The notes beneath the pieces are model-generated. The model did no database searches. It was not told where the DNA came from and was given only the letters and a program-made list of their open reading frames with translations. A program made the position numbers and the translations under genes. From positions 40,920,001-40,984,000 of the forward strand of contig OX597834.1 of NCBI GenBank assembly GCA_951406725.2: a stretch of DNA of 64,000 nt, written 5' to 3'. The DNA is from Octopus vulgaris (Eukaryota). Shown one piece after another: positions 13,283 through 26,700 of the stretch. Position 1 is the first letter of the stretch. Each line of letters opens with the position of its first letter.

Positions 13283-13669
13283 ACATGACTGTGTGGTTAA
13301 GAAGAAGCTTGCTTCCCAAATCAAGTGGTCCCACTGACCAGTACCTTGAGCAAGTGTCATCTACTACAGCCCGAAGCTGATCAAAGACTTGTAAGTGGAT
13401 TTGGTCGATGTTAAACTGAAAGAAGCCCGTCATGGGTATGTGTGTGTGGATGTATGTATATACCCACGTCTGAATATTGCATGATGGTTGTAAAAGGGTA
13501 TCATTATCATATGAGGTTGTTTGTTTCCAGTCTTCCAAGAGAAAATACTTAGATATGAGAAACAGGTGAGGGTTGGCAACAGGAAGGGCATCCAGCCATA
13601 GAAAATCTACCTCCACAAAGTCCATCTGACCCATGCAAACATGGAAAAGTAGAAGTAAAATGATGATGA
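13283..13669 (+). mobile_element. Degenerate tRNA-SINE with family-A head and a (GAT)n tail
   Basis: Head similar to family A; 3' GGAAGGGCATCCAGCC...CCATGC..CATGGAAAAG...TGATGATGA. Confidence 0.65.
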
Positions 13670-14682
13670 CCCAGGCTTACATTGTACAATATTATTTGTT
13701 CCAATTTTTTTTTAAGACACAGGGTGCGATTCAAGATAGATTTAGCCAGTTGAATGACTATACAGAGGCCCTTTTCTTGGCTCCCTAATTTATCTTTTAT
13801 CAGCTAAGGAATTTCTCAAGAAACTTAATATCTGAAAATAGGTTCCTGCCAACATAACAACAACAATGTGACTACATTGTACTGGCCTCTTTAAAAATAA
13901 AGGACATATTGAAAAATATGCTCTGAAATAAATTGTCTCAGAATAAAACGTGAGATCATGATAGGAATATCTTGGGTTACAAGTCTACAGAGTCAAGGTT
14001 GATTTAAAGCTAAATAACTAATTATTTCTTTAAGGCAGAATTGTTAGCATGCCAGGCAAAATGCTTCGCAGCATTTCATCCATTTTTACGTCCTGAGTTC
14101 AGATTCTGCTGAGGTTGACTTTGCCTTTCATCCTTTCAGGGTCGATAAAATAAGTACCAGTTGAGTACTGGGGTCGATGTAATTGACTTACCTGCCTCAC
14201 CTGAAAATAATGGCCCAGTGCCCAAATTTGTAAGCAATATTAGTTGACATCCTAAAAATAGCACTGAAATCCTGCCTCATATCACACTATACTGTTTTAA
14301 AAAGATGGGGGCATATTGGATAAAGTAACCTGGAAAGTCAAAGATGGTCATGGTTGGAAGATCGTTGATTATAGACCTATAAAATTAAGCCAGACCTGGA
14401 TCTAAACAACAACAACTGATCATCATCATCATCGTCCTTAAAAGTTTGCAATATGGTCTTATCAACATATTTCTGTCATTTCACCTGAAAGGGGCAACAT
14501 GCTCACATTTGACCCCCTAATTTCTTCTCCATTTTCACAACTATCTTGCAGCACCAACCAACCAACCAACCAGCCAGCCAGCTCATGGCAGTTATCATCC
14601 ATCCACATCCATGGATGATAACTACAGCTATACCTCTGACATAAATCAGTTGATACCTTTAATACTCAATCATTCTCTCATT

Positions 14683-15066
14683 GTGGAGGCACAATGGCCC
14701 AGTGGTTAGGGCAGCGGACTCGCGGTCATAGGATCGTGGTTTCGATTCCCAGACCGAGCGTAATGAGTGTTTATTGAGCAAAAAACACCTAAAGCTCCAC
14801 GTGGCTCCGGCAGGGGTTGGTGGCGAACCCTGCTGTACTCTTTCACCACGACTTTCTCTCACTCTTTCTTGTGTTTCTGTTGTGCCAGTAATTCAAAGGG
14901 CCAGCCCTGTCACACTCTGTGTCACGCTGAATATCCCCCGAGAACTACGTTAAGGGTACACATGTCTGTGGAGTGTTCAGCCGCTTGCATGTTAATTTCA
15001 CGAGCAGGCTGTTCCGTTGATCGGATCAACCGGAACCCTCGTCGTCGTAAGCGATGGAATGCTAAC
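14683..15066 (+). mobile_element. tRNA(Arg)-like SINE, family C
   Basis: Head GGAGGCACAATGGCCCAGTGGTTAGGGCAGCGGACTCGCGGTCATAGGATCGTGGTTTCGATTCCC with A/B boxes and a TCG anticodon-like loop, followed by a ~300-bp CpG-rich body; no tRNA acceptor-stem closure. Confidence 0.7.
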
Positions 15067-15879
15067 AAGACATTCTCTCACTACACCAATGCTCTTGTAA
15101 TAATGTCAACTTTAGCATCAGTTTTATGAAATGTTCGCTCATTATTGAGGGAATTCAATATGAGGAATTAGAATTGGTTTAGATATAGAGGTCGATAATC
15201 TAGGCCATGATTTAATCAAGATCTGTTATTAAACCAGCAACAATGTTAAAGTTGAGAGATCTTGGTAAAAAAAATTTTTTTAAATAACAACGCTACTAAA
15301 ATATTGGCATAAGACCAGAAAGATCGGAGGGAGCGGGGTTAGGTAGCTTTCATTAATCTTAGTGCTCAACTGGTCCTTATTTTATCAACCCCCAAAAGGG
15401 GTGAAAAGCAAAGTCAAATCTTAGCAGAATTTGGACTCAGAATGTAAAGACAAATGAAACACTGCAAAGCATTTTGACCAACACACTAACGAGTCTACCA
15501 GTTCGCTACCTTAACAACACTAATCAGCAACAGTTTGATTTAGTCTGGAGAAGTGGCTGCAAGGTTGATGGCATAGTCAGATCGGTCAGGTAAGGTGGGA
15601 GGGCAGGTGGCAAACAATAGATCTGAGATATACATTAACAAAAAAAAAAAAAAATTTTTTTAATAGAATAAAACAAATAACAAACAATAAGGAAACCATA
15701 CAATTTCTTGTTTAACACCAAGCAGAACATGCTTACTAAGAAAAGGAAGTGATCGGTAACACTGGTGAGGGACATGAATGTGAATGAATACATGCAAACC
15801 ACGACATATTGACTGTTTCCAGGATGAGACAACATCAGCTTTGATGTTCTACCATATTATTTAAGAGAGGGAGGGATAA

Positions 15880-15920
<41 letters not shown>

Positions 15921-16249
15921 CTAACAGTAAAAACTGCCATGAATATAAATCCACAAAGGGGATTGTATTTAGTAGTTCAACCTACTAAATACACAGCAAC
16001 TAAATCTCCCTCAAATTGCACACCATCGTTATAAAAATAAGTAATGTATACATTGGATAAAGCACACCTCTAAAAACAAGACAAGGTTGATCACAAATCC
16101 TCGATCAGGACTGACCTGGGGCTACACAACAATCTCATCGATAAAAAAAACTACCGTTCACCGAAAAATGTGTATGATGTAAAATGTCCTGGGCTGCCTA
16201 CAGTGTCTTGGCTTAGGAGATGAGATGATCCTTTCAATGTTATATCTGT

Positions 16250-16478
16250 TTCTTTATTGCCCACGAGGGGCTAAACATAGAGGGGACAAACAAGGACAGA
16301 CAAACGGATTAAGTCGATTACATCGACCCCAGTGCGTATCTGGTACTTAATTTATCGACCCCAAAAGGATGAAAGGCAAAGTCGACCTCGGTGGAATTTG
16401 AACTCAGAATGCAACGGCAGACGCAATACCGCTAAGCATTTCGCCCGGCGTACTAACGTCTCTGCCAGCTCACCGCCT
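16250..16478 (-). mobile_element. SINE family B (GGCGGTGAGCTGGCAG head; GTCGACTTTGCCTTTCATCC central domain)
   Basis: Best-preserved copy. Degenerate copies at about 11540-11740, 12090-12303, 14030-14240, 15300-15512, 22100-22325 and 62360-62710. Confidence 0.75.
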
Positions 16479-16781
16479 TGTTCAATGTTATATCTGTTTA
16501 TCATCCTCTGTGGACCCACTGAGGTAAACTGAATGAGAGAGCAAAGTACAAGTTCCAGCTTCACTTGACCTATTTCAACAGTTTGGTCTGATTTACAGTT
16601 CCAATGGCACCATGCTATACATACATACATACATGTGGTTGGCGTTAGGAAGGGCATCCAGCTGTAGAAACTTTGCCCGATCAAGATTGGAGCCTGGTGC
16701 GGCCGTCTGGTTCGCCAGCCCTCAGTCAAAATCATCCAGCCCATGCTAGCATGGAAAGCGGACGTTAAACGACGATGATGA

Positions 16782-16816
<35 letters not shown>

Positions 16817-17238
16817 TAACACAACGTTTATATGTAAAACCAAGCTGTATATGATACAGTGTATTGTGTCACATCTGTGTGACACCATGGTTAAAAACTA
16901 CCATGTCATATGTAACACCATCCAATATGTAAAACCATAAAGTTTGTGACACCATGTTACGTGTCATACTGTGCCATGTGACACAAGTCATTATGCTGTA
17001 ATGTGACACAGTGTTGCAGGAGGCATTCTGCCGTGAGACCGAGTCCCTTTTGCCACCATATTGCTAGAGACAATGCATTTGTTATATGTGACATTGTACT
17101 ACATGTGATGGTTAAATTTAATATAGTTTTAAAAGGGTGTAGATTGGGGTGGGGCGAGGGACCAGCAGCTGCCTGAGGGGGGTGGGACATGGGGTGGGGG
17201 TAATGTGAGAGAAGGAAATCTTTTCTGTGCTGACTTAC

Positions 17239-17347
17239 TGTGGAGAATCTTTGATGTCGAATACACAAGTGTTCATAAATCTGTTCATCTTCCTCGCCGT
17301 CGTACACAACATCATATAAATCCTGGTTATCATCCAAGTCATTCTCA
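17239..17347 (-). CDS. vav: Vav acidic-region exon 5b (ENDLDDNQDLYDVVYDGEEDEQIYEHLCIRHQRFST), phase 2 to 0
   Basis: gttgttgtatatag|TGAGAATGAC...TTCTCCACA|gtaagt; 109 nt; DLYD (Y160-like) and QIYEHL (Y174-like) motifs. Confidence 0.88.
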
Positions 17348-18750
17348 CTATATACAACAACAACGACAACAACAAAGCTTATATGGATTACAACAACTAA
17401 CAACAAACAAACAAACACCTACTATCAAAACAACAGCAGCAACAACAACAAAAAAAAACAGCAAAAAATAAAAAATATAAAATTAGAAATCAAGAATACA
17501 AAATAAAATAAAAATAAAATAAAATGAAAAGACAACATTGATCAAACAAAATAAAACAAAAAAAATTATCAAAATAAAAATTAAAACTAAAAAACAGTAA
17601 ATAAAAAGAAAAAAATAATGAAATGAAAAATATAAAAAAAACTGCAAACAAATCACTGGAAAGGAATTTCTTTAAAAAAAAGAGGGAAAAAATATAATTA
17701 AAAAATAAGAGGGGGAGGAAGAACAGATGTGGTGCAAGGTGGTGGTGGTGGTGGTAACATCAGACTGAGGTGAAGGGCAAGACTGGAAAGGAAGGGTGAA
17801 CATATTAATTCTATGTATAGTAGCAGAAAGGTTTGTGGACGATGGTCAGATTGTGGTAGTGGTGGTAGGAGGAGGAGAAGAAGGAGGCTGAAGACAAAAA
17901 CTTGTGATAAATTACGAAAACAACAAGTGTAAAAACAAAAAATAAAAGACAAAATAAAACAACATAAAAAACTAATGAGAAATTGTATAGTTGTTGTTGT
18001 TGTTATAGTTTATTCTCCCCCCATCCATACACACACACACTACCACCTTCCCCTCTGCCCAGTCCTGTCCCAACCCAACAGACGTATGAAGGTGATCGTA
18101 ATGGTGTTGGTGGCACGACTGTCTTTAATTATGGTGTTGTTGTTGTTTACTCTCAAGTTCTTCAAACTGCAAGTAGACCTACAATCAAAGGCGTTCCAGC
18201 CACGACAATCCCATAGTTTATCTTTTTTTCTTTTTTTATGATTTTTTTTTTACGGCTCAATCAAAAGAGAAAAGCAATCCTTCATCTCAATGTTCAAAAA
18301 ACATCTAAGACTGTGGGAGTTGAGAGACTTGATTCACATATTTGCACCAGAACAGACAGACATGGCTAAAGGCACAGGAACGCCAAGTGGTTGTGTTAAA
18401 CTGTATGACAGAATTAGAACTGCCACCAAATTTAAGACTACAACATCCAATGTGTGTTTCTTTTTCTAAGACAATAATGCAATTTAAGGGAGATTTGGCT
18501 GATATATATCTCGCAACCCAAAAGATTGTGAAGATGTTCCTTCTATGACTTGAAATTACCATGAACAGGCTGTCGTCCCATTTGCTTCTGTGGTGATGGT
18601 GATTATATTGTTAAAGATCAATGTCAATGATGCAGGCATAGAAATGACAGAGCTTTATTATAAGAAATAACATAAGAATGGTTAATTGCCATTTGTGAAC
18701 AAATTGACAGGATGGCGGCAAGAATTTGTCAAAAAAATGAACTTCTAGAA

Positions 18751-18969
18751 CAGTGCTTTTCAACATTTTTGCTGGAGCGGAACCCCAAGAAAACATTCCA
18801 CTGGCTCGAGGAACCCCTGTGCAATAATTTAATAGTCTTATGCACACATATCTGCACAGGAGAAATAAAAATTACTGCCGATTTTAGCAGTTTTGTAACT
18901 TCTTGCGGAACCCCTGGACTGTACTGGCGGAACCCTAAAGTTTTGCGGAACCCTGGTTGAAAACCACTG
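18751..18969. mobile_element. hAT/Charlie-type MITE
   Basis: TIRs CAGTGCTTTTCAAC / GTTGAAAACCACTG with a perfect 8-bp TSD TTCTAGAA at 18743-18750 and 18970-18977. Confidence 0.9.
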
Positions 18970-20414
18970 TTCTAGAATATAGCATGAGTTTCTAAATCCA
19001 ATCACTTGTTTGAATTTTGTATGCATGTGTGTGTGTATGTGTGTGTGTGCATGTTTTAGCATTAAAATTACATGGCAGTTTCCGTGATGATAAGAGATGA
19101 AATTTAAGACATTTATGCATTATCAGAGCTATTATTTCTATGGTTGAATAACCGTGTTCGTCACTCAACAACAAAGTAAATATGGAACCCGTTCTCAGCC
19201 TGGCAAGGTAATTTGCCTTGAACAGTGGCACATCAGACATTTAGAAGCAACTCTGATATCTGAATACTTCCTTTTCATCTCTAGTATATCATCTATCCAG
19301 GCACAAGTCAGGTATCATACATATACAAACTACACTCACAGAACATAAATCAGTGAGTGAATCTCTATGCAGTTACCCAACCTGCAAGAAATTGCAGCCA
19401 AATCTCTCTTATATTACACCCTATAATCTTAAATAAAGAATGTAACACTTAATAACGTAGCCTCACATATATACAAGGAGACAAGATTGTCAAAGCTGAA
19501 ATGTCTTTTGAGTGTAGCTCAAACCAGGCTGAGTTGAAGCTAAGCAGCAATAGACACGGTACAAATTGTTTGTATTTCAGAGTAATCTATTTACTGAGAG
19601 GAATGCTGGACCACTTCAGAGACATCTTGATCACAGGTACTGACAGGTAGTGTCAATTATGACACATGAGCTGCATACTACACAACCTGCTAACTTAGAG
19701 ACCTTGATCACCAATGGTCTTTACAACAGAAATCCCAAATGAGGTAGTCCCAGATATGCTACACTGCCCAATGCACTGAGCAGAAGCTAAATATAAACTA
19801 TGTCATATTGGAAAATGTAGTGTGAGGTAAGCAGAGGTGAATATTCCTGTCACACTGGATAATGTAGTCTGAAGTATTGCAGAGGTGAATAAAAGACAGG
19901 TAGCAATACCTTTTATTATCAGGACTAACCTGAAGCTAAACAAAAGCAAGTATAGTGGAATAGCCATTATTAATTCATAGAAAGTTTATCAACAAGAATT
20001 TTGTCAGTGGTACCAACTAAACTACAGTAGATGTCCAATATTATCATCATCAATTTTACGCCTGCTTTTTCCATGCTGGCATGGGTTGGTCAAGAGTCAT
20101 TCCACATCCAGATGTCCTTCCTGTTACCAGTTCTTGTTTCTCAGGTTAATATATTCCACTTATCTACACACACGCTAAAACCATCCCCCAAGATAACTGC
20201 TAAGCTACAGGACATATTGTTTACAAGGGACCTAAGCACTCACACTGTGTTTATTCATACAGCGACAATGTGAAAGCAAGAAAATAGTTACACACACACA
20301 TACATACGTACACACACACACACACACACACATACATAGGTACACACACACACACATGATGGCTTCTGTACTATATTTGTGTACCAAATTCCACTCACAT
20401 GGAATTGGTTGCAC

Positions 20415-20706
20415 CAGTGCTACTCAAACTGGTGGTTCACAGACCAATGCCAGTCTGCGAGCCATCAGCCACCGGTACGTGGCGAGTTTCCAGAAAAGAA
20501 AGAAACATTATAAAATGCTTATGTAATATTGTATTATTTGTTTGCAAAATAGATATAAGATAAAAAAGATTGTCGACTTTTATTATATTCAGTATATATA
20601 TTGTTTCCTGTATAAATTAATATTTCTAAGAAATATTACCGATCCTTGGCACACTGAGAAAAAAAAAACTGCCGGTATGCCACATCAGATGGGTTGAGAA
20701 GCACTG
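20415..20706. mobile_element. hAT-type MITE nested in an old minus-strand SINE
   Basis: TIRs CAGTGCTACTCAA / TTGAGAAGCACTG; imperfect 8-bp TSD GGTTGCAC/GGTGACAC; SINE-like sequence continues on both sides. Confidence 0.7.
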
Positions 20707-23184
20707 GGTGACACCATACTTGCTAAAAGTGCAAACCAATGGGATGGAATCCAAAATTACAGAATTACAAAGTGAACTCGTTAACCAAACAACCATGCTC
20801 ATGTCTAAAATAACCAGAATAATATATTTGAACCCTTAACATACTGCACTGGTGGTGTATACGTATCTTTCTTATCTATTATCTGGTGGAGGAGGGTGGG
20901 GTGGAATTACACAGAGGAAGAACTGTAGCCACAAACTATGCAGGACCTCTACTGGGTTGTGAGAATGGGGTGATGTGAATCCATCTCTTCATCGTACATG
21001 GCTGAATAGAGATGGCAATGGATTGAGTTGCTCTCCCAACTTTCTTTTCTCTCTCTCTCTCTCTCACACACACAGAGACAGATTCTATGGTGTCAATCAC
21101 AACTCGACTATGACTGTTGTTATGTCATATCTGTTGTAAACATAACAGTATCCTCTGTATGGATAGATGTCTTGCCCCAAATCTTTGTACAGATCCTCAA
21201 ATTCTGGAACTGAAGCCCTGTGGTTGCAAAACAAGCTTCTTAACTACACATCTATTCTACTATTGATGACTTCCATCATCTGCTTTTGATCTGAGTTGTT
21301 ACATATTTTCATAACCTTCATTTCCAAAGTGCTTCACATTTCTGAGGAGAAAGAAGCCATCCCTTAAACTGAGCCAGCAGCTATAAATAGGAACACAAGA
21401 ACAGTGAACAGGAAACTATTTAGAGTGAAAAAAGCAAATAATTGGATTCATAATTCTGAAAATTTGAATTACTACAAACACGACAAAGTACTTAAGACAT
21501 TTCAGCAAATTAGAAACATAATGCCTATATTTATAAAAATTCTTTAGTTGGGAGAATTGGAACAATAACTGAATTCAAATTAGATTTGGGAAATACTGAG
21601 GAATTTGTATAATACAGAACTTAGAACATATTGCATGTGTTTTGTTTGTTTCTGGGATGTTTTAGAGTGAAACAAATGAGACCATAGCTAATATGAGACA
21701 TTTGGAATGAGGAGACGTGGGTGATAATGCCATAAAGTAAGAAGCAGAAAATGAATTACATTTCATTGTTATGGGGACAATGCTGAAAGGAAATGTGTAA
21801 CATTTGGGGACCCAAGTTTTTCATCAGAGAAGATACAACAGATTGCCAAGTCTAATGAAAAGCTCATCTACTCACACCAGTCTAAAATACCACCCTTTTT
21901 TACCTTTTCTTTCCTTGGGCCTTGATCTCCTTAAATTACATTTTATTATATAGAGTAGAGCACTAATACAGAGAAGGGTGTATATCACTGAACTTGGGGG
22001 GGGGGGTAAATCATTTATTAGAAATCACTACTCTGAGTTTGTTGCTTCTCTTTTTTTTTTTCTATAAGGGACATTTTAGCTCCCAGTTAACAGTTCTTTC
22101 TAGTATATGCACAAGGCTGGGAATTTGGGGAAAGGGCACTAAACGATTACATCAACTCAAGTGCTCAACTAGCATTTTATTTTATTTTATTTTATTTTAT
22201 CAACCCTGAAAGGATGAAACACAAAGTAAACCACAACAGCATTTGAACTGTGAATGCAGAGAACTGGAAGAAATACTGCTGAGCTTTTTGTCCGGTGCCG
22301 TAATGATTCTGCCAGCTCACCATCTTTGTTTTTTTTTTCCTTTTCTTCTTTTCTTTAATATAACTACATTTTGGTATTGAGTACTTCCTCATTCACACTT
22401 AAGTATACATGTATGTATACACACACACACACAAGATATATTAAAGATAAGAGAGTATGACCAAGGGTTTACAGACAGATGGAATGTTACTAGATATTAT
22501 CATTGAGAGAGAGAGAGAGAGAGAAAAAGGGAGAGATTATCCATATATTATCAGAATTGATACCTTTTATAAAAAGAATGAAATGAAAATATTCTGAAAA
22601 TATCTTATATATTTAAAAAAGGGGGAAAAAAGGCAATATTTGTATATCACATAAAATCATTCTAGATAAAGATAAATCATGGGGAAAGTCAGTTATCAGA
22701 ATAAGTACACTGTTAAAAACACATGCTACATTATTTAAGCAGAACATTATTTTGTTTGTTTTATGTAAGAGAGATTTTTTTTTTCCTGATAAATCCATTT
22801 TCTTGTTAACTCATTCTATCCTACCTGTATTAAAGTTTAGCAACATGATTGGGTACAAGTAACACCACAGACAAGTTGGAAGCTACTTAGACATTTTCAG
22901 TAAGAAGTTAAAATTCAATTAGAAAGAGAACAAAAAAAAAATCAACACATTCCACCCCCACCCCCACTTAGAAAATTACAAAAAAAAAAAAAAAGAAAAG
23001 AAAAGAAAATACTAAATTTCAATGAAATAACATTACATTTGAAAATATTCATATTTGGAAGAAAAATGAATTAACATTTCTTCCAAAATAATATAAATTC
23101 TTCTAAGATTAAGAAAAATAACATAAAGGAAAATTAAATTAAATGAGAAAGGGGCTATAGAAGAGTATGTATATAAAGATATGC

Positions 23185-23217
<33 letters not shown>

Positions 23218-23276
23218 TACGCACACACATATTGGTGTGAGCTTATGCGTATGTATTTGCATATACATATATATAT

Positions 23277-23325
<49 letters not shown>

Positions 23326-23525
23326 CACATTTGTACATAGAAAGCAAGAAATATTAAATATTTGTTTAAACAAAGAAAAGAAAAAAAGAAAGACAACTGA
23401 ATTAATAATAAACATGCTTCAAGGCCCAAAAAAAACAATGAAAAACAAAAAAAAAACACTTCAGTGACTGACTGATTTGGCACAACAATTATTATTTCCT
23501 TTTTTTGTTTGTTTTTTTTTTTTAC

Positions 23526-23628
23526 CTGTGAAGTGGATTTGCGTTTAAGCGAGCACAAATCCTCATATATCTGCTGATTATCATCTTGTGTTTCTTTGTT
23601 ATACACTTCATGGTCATCTGGTAAGTCA
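23526..23628 (-). CDS. vav: Vav acidic-region exon 5a (DLPDDHEVYNKETQDDNQQIYEDLCSLKRKSTSQ), phase 2 to 0
   Basis: ggctttttccag|TGACTTACCA...ACTTCACAG|gtaaaa; 103 nt; IYEDL is the Y174-type autoinhibitory motif. Confidence 0.85.
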
Positions 23629-24771
23629 CTGGAAAAAGCCAAACAACAGCTGACAAGGGGCAGCAAATAGACATTTCTAAACAAGCCAGGTTTAGTTAGT
23701 ACCATAGATGTCATAATACAGAGAGGGGAAGAGAAGAGACAGGGAGGTGGGAGGAGAACAACAGGAGATCAAGAAGACAGACAATATTTAATGAATGGCA
23801 ATTAACAGGATATCAGATACACACAATTTATATATATATCAATACACACACACACATACACACACATGCATCAGACATTGATCTACAGGTGTTCACTTCT
23901 GTAGAAGGATCTTCTAAGGTGATAGGCACTATCCATCATGCCCTTACTAATGTGTGTCTGTGTGTATATGCGTGTGTATGTACATCAAAATGTCAAAATC
24001 AAAATAGTAAAAGATATCTTAGCCCTTGTTTGCACACAGTTTTCATTAAAGCACAGGAACCAGAAGTTATTCGATGATAACTCACTGAAAATCAGTTACA
24101 GCTGCAAAACCAACATTAAAAATATCTAAATGATTTACAAATTCTCCAAGAAATAATACAGGGTGCATATGCAAAAATAAAACTATGCCCCCTTCCCTCA
24201 AACAGAAATGAAAGAAAAGCAGCAATCTATTCTCCTAAAGATAATACTGGACAATTTCAAAACCTTGCTTCAAATTTATGAAACATAACAAAGAGTAATG
24301 CCACAGTCCTTTCAAGCTATATAAGGAAACTGAAAGACAAGAAAATTAACAAACTGCACATCTTTTGGGATAAGCTAAACCAAAATAAACCATACACTAA
24401 TGATTTCAATATTTGTACCCATATCATGGTAAGGTTTTGTGTGTATGTGTGAGTGTTTACTTTAAATGACCTCAAATGTTCACCAAATACAGACATATTA
24501 ACAAATTCCTCCAAGCTAATTTCAATGCATAACTGAAACCAAAAACAAAAATTTTACAATATACTGAACTTCCACTTTTCATATTTTACATTTCACACTT
24601 TCACATCCACAGGCTTCTGATCCCACTGAAATCAATGCCACATACCAAACACTATATTAAGATTAGCACATTCAATCTTTGAAACTCTCCCACTGTGGTG
24701 CAAAACAACCTATATGTATCATAATACAAATATCACATGTATACATGCATACATACCCATAAATACATACA

Positions 24772-24805
<34 letters not shown>

Positions 24806-26700
24806 TTAGTGTTCAAGTGTGTGTCCGAACCTGTTATTCAACACCCTCTTCTACTGACATTTTACCATGCATATACCTCAACAGAAATTAATAACATGGT
24901 ACCCTAGATGGAGAACACTTAAACAAAATCATTATTTGAAGAAAGAAAATCATCAAGTCAATTCACATCCATTTGAAGAAAGGTCAACTTAGTAAGAAAC
25001 TTGAAATCAAAGAAAAGTAATATTATCCACACTATTATAATAAATATATTCAATCTACCCAACATATTAAATATTCTCATTTTTGTTTATGTAACTACTT
25101 ACAAATTATCACACACACACTCAAACACAAATATACTCAAATAGAAAGCAAAAGCATTTAAATGGTTTTCATATGACTTTTTACAGAGAAAAAATTTTGA
25201 AATATTTCTATCGTACTAGAGAACAACCTAGAAAAATTCTAGTGGGGCAAATTTTACCTTAAAAAAAAAAAAAAGAGAGATATAAATAAATAAAAATGTG
25301 AGAGAGGAAAATTTGGAAGCTAAAAAAAATTCAATGGTTTCTTCTGAATTAAATGGAAATATAAAAGAGAAAGTAAAAAAGAGTTTAAATAATGAAGAAT
25401 GGGAGTAGAAACAGAGATTGAGGGATAAAGGGTAGAGGGAGGAAAGTAAAGGGAGAGAGAAAGAAAAGAAAGGAGAGATGGATAAGGAGATAATTAAATT
25501 TGGTATGGGTGTAAGGAGATTGAGGAGGATGACGAAGAACAGATTAACGAGAATGGAGCGGGTGGAGGAGAGGTTGTCAGATGGAGAAGGGAATTAGAAA
25601 ACATTACATTTGGTTTTAAAGAGAACAGGGGAAAGAAGGAGAAGAAAAAGGAGAGAGAGAGTGAGTGAGGGAGAGAGAGAAGAGAGTTAAGTGGTTGATG
25701 AAAACAAATGAATGAATAAAAGGGAATCAATGTTGAAGAGTCAAGAGTAAGGGGGAGGGAGAAGAGGATTATTTTTCTCTGACTTTCTCTAATGAAAAGG
25801 AGGAATCGAAGCTCCTGAGGCTCATTAATTTTTACCTCACTGCTCAAATAGGGATTACAATGAATTATGTAGGGATTCCTTAACAGTTAAAAGCAAAAAA
25901 AAAAAACAAAAAAAAAAAAAACTATACAGAAAAAAAAGAAAGAAGAAAAGGAGAGGTGAAATCTATGCAGGGAGAAGGGGTTGAACAAGTTAGCCCTGCA
26001 ACTTTTATTGCAAATTTCACTTAAAAGAGATCTCATATCATCCAATGTCTGCAGTATAAAAAGTGTAACTTGGTACATGGAAGTTATGAGGATGAGGCCA
26101 AGGCTCTAACTGCTTACAAGTCAACTATAGTATGGAAACTAAATAGTTGGTATGACTGAGCCTCAGATTGCCATTAATCTTGCAGATGTATGATCAAGGG
26201 CACTCCACTCATGATCTTTATTCAGAGAGAGAGAGCACATCTCAGACCACATTATCTGATTATCTGACCTTTGTTTTACTTTTTTTGCTTTTTTAAACAA
26301 TAAGGTTGTTTGAAGGAAGATTTGGTTGCTATTTCTAGGATGATGAATAGGTAGAAGTGGGTTCCTTACAGATACAGTGCAATGTTCAATCTGAAGTCAG
26401 CCCTATTCCAGTAAACATATGATAAAGGACATTTTAGCTATGATCAACATGTCCTTTATTCAGGCATATCTAGTACTACATAATCTGACATATCCTTCTT
26501 TATCATTGTTTGACCCCTAGTCAACTCTAATTCAGCAGATATATGATCAAAGACTATCTAACCATGTTCTTATTCAGACATAGTGTATCCAGAACTATAT
26601 TACCCACTGTGTTCTTTTTCCCTTGAACAGTAGCATGTGATCTCAGTGAGACAAGGCTTCTATTTCTTGTAGCTGGCTCAAACCAGTAGCAACAGCTGCT

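Noticed and set aside
14683-14760. tRNA-Arg gene
   Set aside because: No acceptor-stem pairing and it continues into a SINE body.
20911-21001. Possible linker or extra acidic exon (MYDEEMDSHH) between 5a and 5b
   Set aside because: All three frames hit a stop before the only plausible donor, so it cannot bridge phase 0 to phase 2.
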